In this document: in pieces, positions 13,401 through 27,615 of the stretch
Numbering within the stretch: position 1 is the stretch's first letter
Layout of the letters: each line of letters starts with the position of its first letter
DNA from: Podarcis bocagei
Taxonomy: Eukaryota
DNA length: 64,000 bases
Assembly (NCBI GenBank): GCA_964188305.1
Contig: OZ076889.1
Direction: 5' to 3' (one strand)
Program-made: the position numbers and the translations under genes
Notes under the pieces: generated by a model
Seen by the model: the letters and a program-made list of their open reading frames with translations, nothing else
What the model was told of the DNA's origin: nothing
The model's database searches: none

Positions 13401-15744
13401 GGGCCAACTACACACACACACACCATGTAATTTTTTTGAAAGAGAAGGTGAAGTAATATTTTATACTCTCTGCAGATCTGTCCACGCATTTGTTCGGTAC
13501 ACTGGTCTCTTTATGATGTTGTTTAATTGAGCTGAGGGATAAGTTGTGTTGATATCCAAAGACTGAGAATGTCGTGTAGTGAGAATGCATCAAGGAACTG
13601 CTGGGAAGGAGCACAGACAGCACCTTTGTTGGCAAATCTCTAGCCTGTGGAATTTGTTAGATGTCATGTGTGTCGGGAACATTTTTATTACTCTAATCTA
13701 CAGTGTTTAATGATCTCTGTGGACACTCTGGCCATGACACTTCCTCTTTTCTTGTGCCATAAACTATATAAACTTTGTGTTCTGTAGGGTAGATGTGTTT
13801 GGGATTCCAGATCCAGATGCACAAGGGTTTTGGAAGAGGTATGTCCAGCCATTTCACTTTTGCAATCTGTCTTCCCAAAGATTTGCACAAGAGAGGTTGG
13901 AACTGTCCATGTTTATCTCAAATGCCTTCCAACTAACAACCTCACCCTTTCCCACTTCTCTGTTTTGACCTTTTCCCTCTTCCTTTCCTGTGGAATATAG
14001 GTCTCCCAAGTTGCAAATATGTGGAAACATTTTCCCCTTCACTTTCACAAGCATCAAAGGAAACATTTCCCCCCTCAGGATCATTGCATAACTATTTGTA
14101 TTGAGCTTTATGATCCCTTGACAATTAAAACTGTCAAAGACTTTATTATATATAAATGTGGGTATAAGAAATTATGTGCATGATGGCGAGAAAAGAATTC
14201 TTTCAAATTAGAAAAGATTTATTATCCGAAGAGCTACCAAAGTAAACCCCTGTTTGATGCTTAGAACATAACGCTAAAGATAGAATTGCCACAATGCAAT
14301 GTAAGGTGTACAATGGAGCGACTGTTAACAATGGATTTTTAACGACCCTTCTGATGATTACCAAGCAAATCGTGCAGAAGCTAGCAAGAGGAGTGCCTCT
14401 ACAGTGCAATAAATGGAATTGTAAAGCCTTAAGATTATGGTTTCATATAAAGACATGGCATGCCTTCCTCTGCATTATGCATTTCCCCCTCCTGTGTGCA
14501 TCTCTCTTGCTGGGTTTTAGGTATAGAAAAGATGGGCAATTATGCTAGCAGAGATCATTGCTTGCAATCAGATGCCATTCCAAAGAAGGAAAGTCTTCAT
14601 AATTAGATGAAAGAGCACAATACTTAAAGCTTTCTGTAGTGAATGTCCAGGACTGAAAACGTACTTTAGGATGAATTCCTCTGGGACAATCACACTAAAG
14701 CATCTGTCATACAGGGTTGTCAGTTCTTTTTCTCCCCCTTCTATTCACCAGAGTCCAGTTTACACATCTGGCTATGTAATTGGGAGTGCTCATTACAAAC
14801 AGCAAATGCCAACTGCAGCTTACATGGATGTTCTATGTAGCTGTTAGCACGCACATTCCACCCTACTGGTGCACTTCTGCAAGATCCTCAGAGTCTTAAC
14901 AGCTGCTGTGCTAAACAGCCACACAAGCCGCTTACTATGGTTGTTGTTGCTATTTAACATTTGTTTAGCTCCAACAGAAGGGTAAGCATTTACAGGACCC
15001 AAATTGACATGGTCCCTGCCCAAAAGGCTTATGTGCCAGGTCAGAGTCAGGCAAACAGGATAAAATGAAGGAAGGAGACAGGGCTTTGAAGTCACAGGAA
15101 TAAGGTAGAGTTGGCTGTGACATCTGCTGAACCAAGAGTATCCAGAATTAATTTCGATTTAGAGGCCCATAGCCTCCAGGAGAGTGTAAGAGGTGCATTA
15201 ATTGTGGTATCAGTCTGAAGGAGACTAATGTTGGAACATTTTGCCTTTATTATGTTAATTGCATAAAGCAAAGGATGAGCTCTGAGTGTTTCCCATAGAG
15301 AGTTCTTGCTTCATCAATGAAGAAGTAGGCCTGATAGCATGGATATGTTTTTCTTTAATTCTTCAGTATCTGTACTGTGCACTGAGCACCAGAAAGAAAG
15401 TGTTGTACCAGTACACTCAGAAATTCCACAATGTTATAGACTCAGTCCTTTGGAGAACATTGGTGATATTGCCCTGGGCTGAAGAAGAGAGGAGCGGGTG
15501 CAGTATTAACTATATATGCAACCCTGACTTCAAATGCAGCCAGACTTGCTTGTAAAATAAGATTTGGAATCACTATTCATTGCTTAATTTGCTTTCATTA
15601 AAAATAGAGGAAGCAACAACATAGTGTATTCTTTGTCAGGAATGCCCATAAAACAAATGATGTGGTTGTTACTGCATATTAGATTAAAAAGCTTTAACAT
15701 ATTTATAGATGGTGACCACAGAACAGCTTATAGTGGAGAAAGTA

Positions 15745-16023
15745 CAGTGGTGCCCCACAAGACGAATGCCTCGCAAGACAAAAAACTCGCTAGACGAAAG
15801 AGTTTTCCGTTTTTTGAGTCGTTCCGCAAGACGAATTTCCCTATGGGCTTGCTTCGCAAGACGAAACGTCTTGCGAGTTCTTGCGAGTTTGTTTCCTTTT
15901 TCTTAAAGCCGCTAAGCCGCTAATAGCCGCTAAGCCGCTAATAGCCGTGCTTTGCAAGACGAAAAAACCGCAAGACGAAGAGACTCGCGGAACGGATTAA
16001 TTTCGTCTTGCGAGGCACCACTG
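15745..16023. mobile_element. Young Tc1/mariner (Tigger/pogo-like) MITE
   Basis: TIRs CAGTGGTGCC..CAAGACGAA / TTCGTCTTGCGAGGCACCACTG with TA TSDs. CpG-rich, with internal GCAAGACGAA and GCCGCTAA repeats. Confidence 0.92.
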
Positions 16024-19000
16024 TATAGCAGAATAGGAGTACTGAGTGGACTGAAGTTGAGGTGGGGTGCAGTGGGCGGGGGGAGAAAACCCATGTGTTG
16101 CATAGCACAGGATGGAAGTGTATACCTTGGGGTAGAAGTGACTGGCTGGCTAAGGAATTCTGCTTTTGTTTGGGTGTACAGCTGCAGTGACCACAATGAA
16201 TGCATCATTTCCATGAGTACATAATAATTGATGTCATATTTTCAATGTTTGCTGAATTCATGCCATCTAGAGTTATCACTTTTGGCCTAGCATTCCTGTT
16301 TTCCCATCTTAATTTAGAGTTAGCTTTGCTTATTCAGCAGCTTCTGTTTTATTCTTGGATTTAAAATCTGGGGTATTTTATTTTAGGATCTTTGAAGAAC
16401 TAGTGTGAGAGCTGCAGCATAAAGATTGATTCCTCTAAAAAGAGTTACATTTTAAATTAATCACGAGCACATTTGTAAATTGCTTGTTATGTGTGGTGCT
16501 TAAAACTTGAATTTGCTTTTAATGGTTGGGCTGATGCAAACTCTAGGGGTAGAAAAGGAGTACGAAGGGTGCTGCCAAGTTTCACTCAAATGTTCACTTG
16601 GCAATTCATGCCTAGAGCAGAGTGGAGCAGTGTGAATCCTCTCTCACATACACACAACTGTTCATCTCAAGGCAGCTTGAAGATGCAGCCCCTACATTCA
16701 AGAAGTGCTTTCTGTAAACTCCCAGCACTCCTTACGGAACTGTATAAAAGACATTGCTGCACCATGATCCAGCAGGGGTGGTTTTATTATTCAAGACACA
16801 TACAGGCTTTTGCCTTCTGCTTTGGCTCTCCTTAGCTGACATGGACACCAGAACAATGTGGTACATATACTCTGGGGCTTATCTATACACTGTTCAACTT
16901 TTAATTTGTTTTCACCATTGCATTAGAAGCTATGCCAGTCATTTCACAAGCGGAATCTGCATCAAAATGTTGCAGTTTTGCAAAATGATGCAGTAATTTT
17001 TTGTTGTTGTTATGTAACATGTTCTTGTCCAGTGTTCCAGCCTGTCATGCCTTCTTTAAGTGTACTTTATTCCATTGCCCCTCCCTCCTGGCTTTTCATC
17101 CCCTTTCCCCAAACAGAAATTCAGGCCATTAAGCATGCTCAGTCTTCAGTAGTTTAAAAAATAAATAAATAGGGGAGGGTTTGCTCCCTGCTCTAATCCC
17201 TCCCACACACCCTTCTGCAAACCTTGGAATTTTATGAAACCTACTGATGGTGCTGTATTCCCACCCCCAAGCTCTGTTTTGCCTATATAGCCATTATAAC
17301 TCAGCCCCTCAGTTTGCAATTGGTATATGTGATTTTTAGATCTTTGGCATCCTATTGCAATCCATCATGCAAGCTCCCTAATTCTTATCTTTCCTTATCT
17401 TGTGTGCTCAGGGAATGTTTCAGCAGTTTTATCAGGACTTGCATCCCTATTTTCAAAGTGCTTCCTATACAATTGTTTAAAACAGTTTGCAGAAGCAAAA
17501 GAAGGCAGAAAAAAGTGAGAATTAAAGCACAGATCTACCCCGTTAAAGGTGATTTATAAAATGGTTGCTTTAAAACTTTTGCTAGGAGACCATTTTTCCC
17601 CTTCTTTTTACTTCTCTAGTAGATAAGTGGCTTTCCTATTAATTATATTGGATAGACAGAGTGAGGTTACTCCTTTAGACACAGCTAGTAATGTGGAAAT
17701 GGGAGGGTGTCACATGTTTTACTCATGGACAAGTGAACAGAGACAGCTTTTAAATATCCATAAATGGGATCTACAACAAATTGTTGCAGTGGGGTAGGAG
17801 CCTGTTCAGGGTGTAGGCTGCTTAACCATGCCCTTTCTAGGATACTGTACTCCATTTCTTTCTGAGTCTCCATCCCCTTCTGCTTGGTTTTCCATCCCAT
17901 CTTCCACTACAGTCCCAAGTCGAATCAGCCCCCCAGCATACCCACTATTTTCAGTGGGAGCTTTCCTCCATTTCCAAAAAACCGTCCCTGAGGAGATATG
18001 CCAATCAGGACAGTGGCAGGCAGGGGTTAAAGCTTCCCTCCCCACATGCCACGATTCATCTCACCCACACCTGCTATTAATGCCAGGGCAAAGTACGTGA
18101 AAATTGCCTCATATTATTTGGCCTTTGAGTCTTAGTAAACTTTTTCTTCACTTTGGTTTTTCTTTGGAGCTAAATCAGTATGGGTGCAAATTTGCATAGT
18201 ACTTGAGGGACTGTGTTCGCCACATCTAATTTTATTTCTGTAACTTCAAAGCCATGATCCTTCTGTTTCACCTTTATCCTATAATTACTCTTGCTGGAAT
18301 TAATGTCCATTTGCACTAGCTTCTCTCTTCCCATGCTTTGTGCTGAGTGTGGCTATTCAAAACCACTGTACAATAAGCAAGGAGGTATGGAGGCAGTAAA
18401 ACACAGAAGGGAATCTGGCCCCGTCCTCTGAACTGGCCTTTTAATGTTAGTTCCCGTGGATACTCTGAACTGCTGTTGATTTAGCTACAGACTGAATTTT
18501 ATACGGAAGAACTGAATAATCTAGCAGTAGAGGGTCTGCTGGTGAAAATGAACTTGATGCAGCTTTAGCACTAGAAATGACTGAATGTTCAGTGAGACTG
18601 TTGAAATGCAGCCTACTATACAAGTGAGGTGATGTGTGGTTGTGCTTGAGAGAGAGGAGCAGAGAGAAAACACATGCTCATCCCCACCCCCACACAAGTG
18701 CTAACCCTCATGCATTTGTTCTGCTGGAAGAGCTGGCAAGGGTAATTTCCCCCCTCCCTTACTTTCCCCTTCCCTTTTCCTCTCAGTGTTATGAATTGTG
18801 CTTTGCTGACTTTCACCGCTTCGTAGCAAGAAAGGTCAGGAACCTCATAAACAAGGTGAGGAGAGAGTTGTGGGAATGCAGAGCAGCAGTCCGGGCCACT
18901 GATGCTTTCTGACATTAGAGCACTAATGAATGTTCTTGTCATGGTCCCGTGAATATTTCAGGAAACATTCTCCTCCCATCTTTGCTGGGCCTCCTGGTTG

Positions 19001-22000
19001 CCAAGGTTACCTGTCAGGACTTTCCTCAGAGAGAGGTAGCTGCAGGTTGGCTGTTCTCAGCATGCCAGTGAGTGAATTTGCCTGTGAGAATAGCTCAGGG
19101 AGAGTTTTCACCTGCATTTCTCTCCCCCCTCCCCCAGGTGCTGCTTTGTCCTTTCCCTTCCCAAGGGAGGGGTGTGTGTTTTATTTTTAATCTTCATTTT
19201 ACTGTTGGAGTTGGGATCATATTAATTTTGTTTTGCTTGCATAACCTGGACTGTTATCGTGTGACTAATTACTTGCACATTTTCCTTCAGACAGCAAATG
19301 GGAGAGATAAAGCTTCAGCAGGTTTATGTGATTTCTGCTTATCAAATTACAGTAATTATTTGAAGAATGGTTTAAAATGGTAGGGAGTAATGAATTTAAT
19401 GATTTGCTTGCAGCAAAGCCTTCGTGCTGCGTGGAGCTGACAAACAGCCTCTGCAGAAACTGACATCAAGCAGACATGATAGCAAGATGCTAGTAACACA
19501 GGGAGACCCCAAATGGCCACACTCAAGGCTAAGAGCAAAGGGAGGGGTATATTTTGCAGGACTGTTTAATCGTCGTTCTCACAAGTCAATTGGTTCTCTC
19601 TTTTTCCTTACATAAATCACCATTGGGGCAGCATAGAGGACCTTTACCCTCTGTTTACTTTTATTTTGTGTGTGCACTGCACACACAAACACCAAATATT
19701 ATGAGGTAAATCACTCATCTGATCAGACAGTAGTTTCCCCTGTTTTTCCCATTGTTAAAATTGTTCACAGAAATTTATGGGACCTGCCAGGGGCAGGTCA
19801 GGGAATTCTATAATGTCTGCATCTTCCAAGCATTGCCATCTTGTCATGATTGATAGCAAGGACATACCTGACTTGCTTGTGATTGGACTGTCCACTTGGT
19901 ACCCAGAGGAGGAAAAAGTTGGAGGTGGCATAGAAAAGGAGGAGGAAGCATTTTCATGGTGTTCCTTTGGGCCAGCTCAGCCCATTGCAGTGGTCACAGG
20001 AACATGTGGTCACAGGAGCATGTGCATGAGATAATAAAAGTGGAACTCTTTCTAGATGCTCAATTTCTTGATTATATGATTTCTGCTGTCCATGAGCACC
20101 ACAGCACCCAGAGACACACACCCTACCCTGCACTTCCCCAATTTTATTTTTTCCTTAAAAGCACACCCTCATTTTTTGGTTGTTATTTGCTTTTTTACTT
20201 TTGTTGTTGTTTGGCTGAGAGGGGGTTGCATGTTGAATGGTGTTAACTATATTTCTCTGGTTTTTTGCCTGTTTGAGTGGTGGTGAGGAATATTGCCAGT
20301 TTAGTTTCTGTGAAATGGTATTTTATGGTGCTCATAAGAGTTTCTTAGATTTCCAAATATGCACCTGGGCTGAAAAAGGTTGGGAATCCCAAGTACCAAT
20401 GTAAGATTTGACCTATAGCCCTGCTCAGTTCCTTGAGGGATCTGCTCTGTATGTCTTTTGAGGTCTTCAGCATGGAGCTACTCATTATCCTTAGGGTAGA
20501 GACTATATTCCCCATCTGTAAATGGATAAACATTTCCTAGGCTACTAAATGTTTAATTCCTTAATAATCTACTGCATATAAGTATGTTATACCTTCTTCA
20601 GTGACCAGTTGTGTGTGCATTTTTAATTATTGTTTCCTGGTAAATGACTCGGAGCCACATTTCTCCCTGGGAATTCATGAGCTGGACTAAAAGCTCTGTG
20701 ACTCCCCACCAAGAAATGACAATTTCCTTGGGAAAGAGAGATTGAGTAGCAGCCGATGGAGGGCGTAAATTTGTTCCCTTTAAACATTAGGTCAAATACT
20801 TGAAGGGCACCCCTGAGTCTTCATCAGTGTTGTTTGTCCATCTCCAATTCTGACCCTCATGCTAACCATTTTCTTAAGCATGTGGCTACTGCTTCCTTTT
20901 CCTGTCTGCTCAACTTCTCCTGAAGTAGAATTTGCATGTAACATATAGCTGGACCTTGAGGAGTGTGACTTGCTTTCAAAACACTCTTCTTAGCTCCTGT
21001 CTGAAACCTCAGAGTTAGCTTGCTGTCATTACTCGTCTCTTCCTTGCAGAAACCTAATGTGTAAAACTGTAACCATGGGTCGTTGCCTGCCAAGCTCCAG
21101 GGAGCTTTCGGCTTCTAGGCTATTCGGCATTTAAAAATGATAGCTCCCATAAAAGTTTATTGGGCAGCCAGCTTCTGGAAGCTATTGCCCCCTCAACTTC
21201 GTACTTAAAAGCAGCAGGATCTTATTGGGAGAATCTGTGGGCAGCAAGAAGTCCTCATATGCTGTGCAAGTTGCCAGGTTGGCTAAATGGCATTCAGTGC
21301 CCTGCCAATTCTTTTCAGGTGATAGGTAGGAGAAGATTATAAAGTGAGGTGCCCGATGTGGGCTTTCTTGGTATCACAGTTGACATGCAATAGGGAAAAA
21401 GCAAGCCACTTTGTGGGTGTGCACAGGAGGTATGAGACATGGAAATTGCAGCATGGCCAAAGAGCAAGAAGAAGCAAAAGCCCAAGCCCCTCAGTGGTCG
21501 TATTGGAACAGATGTCCTTCAAGATAGATGGATTGTACACATGTAACTGAACCCCATTCTTTTGGGGCTTTGGAGGAAGAGTAGACTCCTCTTTCCTTAA
21601 CTGTCATTGGCTAGCTGCTCATATCTGTATGTGGGATGGGAATAGGAAAATTGCTTATGCCCTGCAGCATATGATTTCATTACTCTTATTGTTCTTAGCT
21701 TTTATAGCTGCAAATGTTATTAGATGTCATAAAATTGTCCAGTCCTTTTAAGTCCAGCCGCAGTATTTGTCTCAATTTGCCAGCATATAAAGAAAAAAAC
21801 AAAGCTCATCTCAGAATAAATATGAACTTCTTTAAAAAAAAAACCCTAAAATTTGAAACTCGCCCTGAAAATAATGAATAAGTTTATCTGTAATAATTTG
21901 AAAATGCAGTTTGCTTTAGTAAGATACAGCATTAGACTACCCTTTTTAACGTAGTCACAATGAAATCTTGTTTATCAAAGCTTACTGATATATTTAAATT

Positions 22001-22808
22001 CTAATACACCTTATTCTTTTATATTCGTTTGAGAAAGTTGCTTTGTTTTGATAATTTTCTCAACTTGCAAGTATTATCTGAGACCTAATCTCTTTGTCCC
22101 ACTTCCCAAAAAGTCGTTCACCATGTCATTTGATTGTGTAGTTGCAAAGCTAAAGAGGGAGGGTGGAAAAGCAGGAAGGATAAGTGCCGGCATCAAGTTC
22201 CCTAGCTCTTCATATTGGTGATTTTGTTTTGTTCTGCTTTTATTGATCATGTATGTGTTCTTTTGAGTTTACAAAATTATTTAGTGATCTTATTTATCCA
22301 TTCAGCTCTGCAAATGGTGATGCTTAAAAAATTGTAACTTTTCTAAGACAACTTACTGAGCTTTACTACACTTCACCCCAAGGTGGCTACACGTCCATCA
22401 CTTCCAGGCTGCTTGGCAGGACTACTTGTGGGGGTGAAATTGATGGAGACTTATTCATTACAAGCTGCTCAGCAGATCACTGATCCATGTGCTGTTGGGC
22501 TGTGCCTCTATTTTCTGGGTGGACACATTTCTAATGAACACCTCATGCTTTTCTATTTTGCTTCTGCATAAGGCAACTGTGGTCAAGCTCAATACAAGAG
22601 ACTCATTATTCAAACTCATTCTCCCTGGTGTTCATAAACCACCAGGGATTGCTTCAGTAAGCTTGTGATACAAATTTCAGTGCCAGATCTGGGATACAGG
22701 TGGCCATGTATACCAGGTAACTTCCACGGGCATCGGTAATGTGCAAAATTGGCTCATGTGATAGGTGTTATGAATCTTCTGGGTTGTCCACATCTGTTAT
22801 AAATCCAA

Positions 22809-22943
22809 CTTGATAGCTCAGGTGGTAGAGCATAAGACATTTAATCTCTGGGTCATGGGTTCAAACCCCATGTTGGGGAAAAGATTTATGCAAAAGCTGG
22901 ACTAGATGACCCTTGTGCACGCTACAATTCTATGATTCTATGA
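22809..22943 (+). mobile_element. tRNA-Lys-derived SINE with CR1 3' tail
   Basis: tagctcaggtggtagagcataagacatttaatctctgggtcatgggttcaaaccccatgttggg aligns to tRNA-Lys(CTT), followed by tggactagatgacc and (TTCTATGA)2. Confidence 0.85.
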
Positions 22944-24010
22944 AATAATGGAAGTCTGGCCTTCTACCTTTCCAATTCCAAAGGAAAGTGGCATGCTGTC
23001 ATGGTCTAGAGTTCTTAGGCTGCTTGAGGAACAGCCCTTGGTGAGCCGTTACTCCATTAATAGAAAATATAATGTGAATATATGACAAGATGGTATGTCT
23101 AGATACAAAAGCAATGCATTCTTCTTCTTCTTACCTCAGGGTTCAGACTCCTCTCAGGACGTTAACTTTAGAACTGGAAGTCTTAGATTTAGGGTATGGC
23201 TGCCCACAGTCTTGATTAAGATTGTAGGTAGACCATGGTCTTACTAGACAATGGAGATATCTAAGCTAAACGTTTCTCTCTGTGTATTCTAGGGTTAAAG
23301 GTTTAAGAATAGGATTCTCAGTCCCTCTTGGTTTGTTCTTTTTCTTCATGAGGGCATTCAAATATTGGTAACTGCTCTGTTACCAGAAATCTGAGCCTAT
23401 CTAAAAACCAATAAAACTATGAGCTGCATTATAATATAGACTAATATTGGGCATTTTAATATTACATGCAGGTATTCTACCTTGTAAGTTTTTACTCAGA
23501 AGTTACTATGCATAAATTCCATTATGTTAATATTTCACTTAAAATAGCTATTGAAAGGAAAAAATTGACAAAGCTATTAACTAGAAACACATAACTATTT
23601 TTGCACTTCTCTCTGTACACTAGATTTCCGTGTAAAATACTTTTTTCCATTCACTTACCGAGGGCGTTCACTTGCTGTGGTACCACTGGGATAAATCTTT
23701 TCAGTGTCTGGCTCTTATGTATGTCAGTGAGCTAGTTCAGGCACAGTTCTGTTTGAACTTTTGTATATCAAATAGTCAATGAACTTCACTCAAAGTGCTT
23801 GCTAACGAAACCACCCTGATTATCTGTGTTCCACCACGCTGTACATCAAACAAGGATCTGAAAGGGAAGGGTGGAACTGTTTCATGCCTTTAAAGACTAG
23901 AGAGTAAAGGCTGTGTGACAACCTCCTCTCTAATCTAGGATCTGGATGTGGTTAAAAATCTGATTGCTTACACTTCGGTTTTGATTTGGAAATTTATTAA
24001 CTGTTCTTCA

Positions 24011-24186
24011 TGTGCATCAAAGTTTACAATGCACCTTAAATGGCTGTGTATCTAAAAGATTAAACTGAATCAAGGACAGAACTATTAAGGTGTGTAGAAA
24101 TTGTGCATCAAAGTTTAGAATGCACCTTAAATGACTGTTTGCATGAAATATGAAGTTAAATCAAGGGCAAAGCAATTAAGGTGTAT
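24011..24186. repeat. Diverged tandem duplication, period 91 bp
   Basis: tgtgcatcaaagttta.aatgcaccttaaatg recurs at 24011 and 24102; both units end ttaaggtgt. Confidence 0.85.
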
Positions 24187-26850
24187 AATGATTGAAAGAG
24201 GAAATTAATTGTCTTTAATCTGGCATAAATCCCAAGGACTTCTATTAAGAATTCTGGACCTATTTATAATTAGTTAGGCCTCATAATATGCTGGTTTCCA
24301 GAGGTTGGGGGTATGTGCTTCTGATATGAATGATGCTACCATGTACAGATAAAAGCCTTCTCTGCCTAAAATCTTACTGGGTTGAGTGTTTCTAGACACC
24401 AGTACACCTCATAATAAATGACATAACATCACTTTGTCATAATTCATAGACACAAATATTTTGTGGCAAATCAGCCTGCTTGGAGGTGGTGATGGCAGCC
24501 ATTATTTTTGCATGGATTAATGTGGGACTTTCTGCTTGCAGACAAAGTCTTTTTCCATTAAACTTCATTTGAGTGTGCTGAATGTAAGCATGGTTGTTGG
24601 GCAAGTATGTTGACAATGGCCTAGTTTATGTTAGATAGGGCAGAACAAGGCAGGCATTATGTGTTGTGGATTCTGTATTCTGACTGTCACATGGGAGGAA
24701 CAGGTTAAGTCCTTGTGATTTTCAGAAAAGAATTAACCCAAACATTACAACATGGAAAAGAATGTAGTGTGTATTACAGTGCTCATTCATCAGCCCTTAC
24801 ATGTAGGTGCAGAATGATAGGCAATGGTTTCTGTGTAGCAATGCTAGTTAATAAGCAGTATTAGGAGAGACAGGAAAATGAAAATCCCTTCTTGGAAACT
24901 AGCAGTATGCCATCATGTGATGTTGGATCAGGAAACAGGGATTTTGGGGTATCTCTGCTCTGAGTATTTAGTGAAATCCACTAGATTTTAAGGCTTTCTC
25001 TCTCCATGTGCCTAGAAAGTAAAAGTCTGCCCTATTTTTATTATCTAGAGCAGGGTGAGGAGAGCTGCAGGACTAAATTTGTAGCATTAATGCATTTGCA
25101 TGCACCTTCTCAAGGGGCCAAGTGCTGCCTAATTAGAAGAGTTTTGCCTATTGCCCAGGTCAGTGACTACATAGGCTACTCAGAGAAAATCTCCAGCACA
25201 TATTCTTCCATGGTCGTCCATTTTTGAGCAGCAGAATATTAGCCTGCAAAATTAATGTTGTGCAGCTGACATGATAGAACACCAATGTAAATAATATCAG
25301 AAGTTGCACCTATTTGTGTCTGTGTGAGAAGGTACAATATGATAGTGGATTTCCTTGTGCTTCAAGTATACAAAGTCCATTGTTTCCATTGTTTCACCTT
25401 ATATTGACCCTCATCTTGTTTGCAAGTTGCCAGCAGGAGGTGGAAGCATTCAAGCAGGGCCAGTCCAGGAGCTTTTGCCGCTTCAGACAAAACAAAAAAT
25501 GTTTCCATCTTTCCATCCGCCATGGCTGCCTCCTCCATGCCCATTTGCTGCAGCTGCCTCCTACCAGGCCTGCCTGCCACAGCTGTCTTCTCCACTGCCA
25601 CCTCCTCTGCAGCCTGCTGCTGCTGCCACCACCTCTTCCTTCACATCCCTCTGTTGCTGACAAGAAGGAGGTGTCAGTGAGCAGGCCTGGAGGAGACTGT
25701 AGTGGTGGCAGATGGGCGTGGTAGTAGGGAGCAGTGGGTGGGTACAGAGGAGGCCGGGTCTGCTGGCTGAGGCAAGTGCCAACTCTGTTTTCATGTGTTC
25801 AATAGTCCTGAAGAGTTGTATAGGTGATGGACTGAAGATGCAGTAGTAGTCTAATTAGTTTAGTGTTGCATGCTACACTTGTATTGCTGGGCTGTGGAAA
25901 GCATACACTTCATGTGTTGCTTTCGTTATCTTGCCAGAAAGAGAAGCAGACATTCAAACCCTCAAGAATCTAGAATTGATCTGAGACTTCTTTCTCTCAA
26001 TAATAATTTCAGTGCCAAAGACATACACTGACTTTAAAATCTGAGGGAGAAGCAATTATATTCTGTAAGAAAAATGATTCCCCTTAACTCTCTTATTTGA
26101 CTGAATACCGCATACAGTGTCTCTGAGACTCCCACAGTGTGTTGATTGAATTTAGGGACCATTTCATCATTGAAAAGTTAAAGAGAAGCACCCTTCTGTC
26201 TGTGCCCGAAAATGAGAAATACCTGTCCTGCCGAATAGTTTGATGTTTTGTTGATGAAAACACTGGCAGCCTTTGGATGGGTGGAGGAGCATTTTTCACT
26301 TCTATGAGCATCGGCATGTGCAGCTTCAGCAGAAATACAGGAAATACAATTTTGAAGTGTTGTGTTGGAATTTTTGTTGATCTGCTGTATTGGGTTTGTA
26401 TTGATGCACACACAAAGAAGGGGAAGAAATGCCCTGATCCCAAGATTCTGGCATGATTCCTCTGTCAACCTGCTGCTTGTTTGAAATGTTATTTTTAATT
26501 CATGAGGTGTTTGTTTTAAAGCCCTGTCTGAAATTATTAACCACAGATTTTTACAGTGCATGTTTCAAAAAACTGGATGGTGTTTCAGTGCTGTGGATAA
26601 AGACTGAGATCCCAGTACCTAATATTTTGGTTAACAAACTCCTCCCAGTAAACTCTGATCAATTACATCAAGCCAATATTATAAAGCTTCACTTGTTAAG
26701 ATTATTACTTTATTTATGCTTGTATCGAGATCACTGGCTTCCTATTTGCATGTCTCTCTGCCATGACTATGTAGCCTTTGCAAGGTGATTAATATGACCA
26801 AATACCAGTGCCTAAATTTCAGCAGGAGTTGCAAGATCATCATTACATAT

Positions 26851-26993
26851 CAGTGCTTTTTTCTAAAAAAAATGTTTAGGGTTATTCTCCTTTTCCTAAT
26901 ATTGAAATACTGCCTCTCAATGAGGCAAAACTTAGATTCACAAACTGTTTAGGGGGCATACATACCCCCGCGTACCCCCAGAAAAAAGCACTG
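26851..26993. mobile_element. MITE with CAGTG termini and apparent 5-bp TSD
   Basis: Perfect 14-bp TIR CAGTGCTTTTTTCT / AGAAAAAAGCACTG, with CATAT directly flanking both ends. Confidence 0.85.
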
Positions 26994-27479
26994 CATATTA
27001 TAGATGTTTCTCTTACAGTTAAGAGAGAAAGCAAATTTATAGACTTGGTTCTTTAAAAAATAGTTTGCATTTGATTTCACATCTATTTTTTTAACAGCAA
27101 AATAATGGTAGTTTTCTCTGACTTACACCCCTTAGCCAGTATCAAAAATATTGCCATAGCAGAACCAGAATCCTAATATTTTATATTTTGCTAAACTGGC
27201 TAACTAAGACAGCAATCCTAACCTCACTTAACTGAGAGTAGATCTTACTGAATTCAATAGTACATGATTAGGGCTGTGTTGAAAGTTTGCTCCAACCCAG
27301 TAAATTATTCTGCTGTGATTCTTATTGTTAAGCATTTCTAAGTCATAGATTCAGCTTGTGCTAGATGGTATACTTAAAAGCTCTGGGTTTGTGGAAGTTC
27401 TCCTAGAACCAGATTTGATCCTAGATACCCAGATTACATTCTATTGCTGGAGAGAGTAGATCAGGCTATGATGGCATAT

Positions 27480-27615
27480 ATCTAAGTTACAAGGGGCTGC
27501 CTTTGAAAAGTTTCTGGGAAATTCACATTGTAAAAAATGTAGCACCCAGATTGATGGCTACAGCTGAGTTTTGAGAACATGTCAGCTCACTATTCAAACG
27601 GCATTGGTTCCCGAA
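27480..27615 (+). mobile_element. Short L2 ORF2 fragment
   Basis: ggggctgcctttgaa...cacattgtaaaaaatgtagcacccagattg...cattggttccc resembles GLPL..LQLVQNAAARL..HWLP. Confidence 0.5.

Noticed and set aside
15908-15946. CRISPR-like or telomere-like repeat array
   Set aside because: Short minisatellite inside a MITE, with no spacers, in a eukaryotic context.
22809-22880. Functional tRNA-Lys gene
   Set aside because: Stems and anticodon arm are mutated and it is fused to a CR1 tail, so it is a SINE.
25314-25794. Cluster of overlapping ORFs on both strands
   Set aside because: Low-complexity GCT/CCA-rich sequence depleted of stops; no recognisable domain or exon boundaries.
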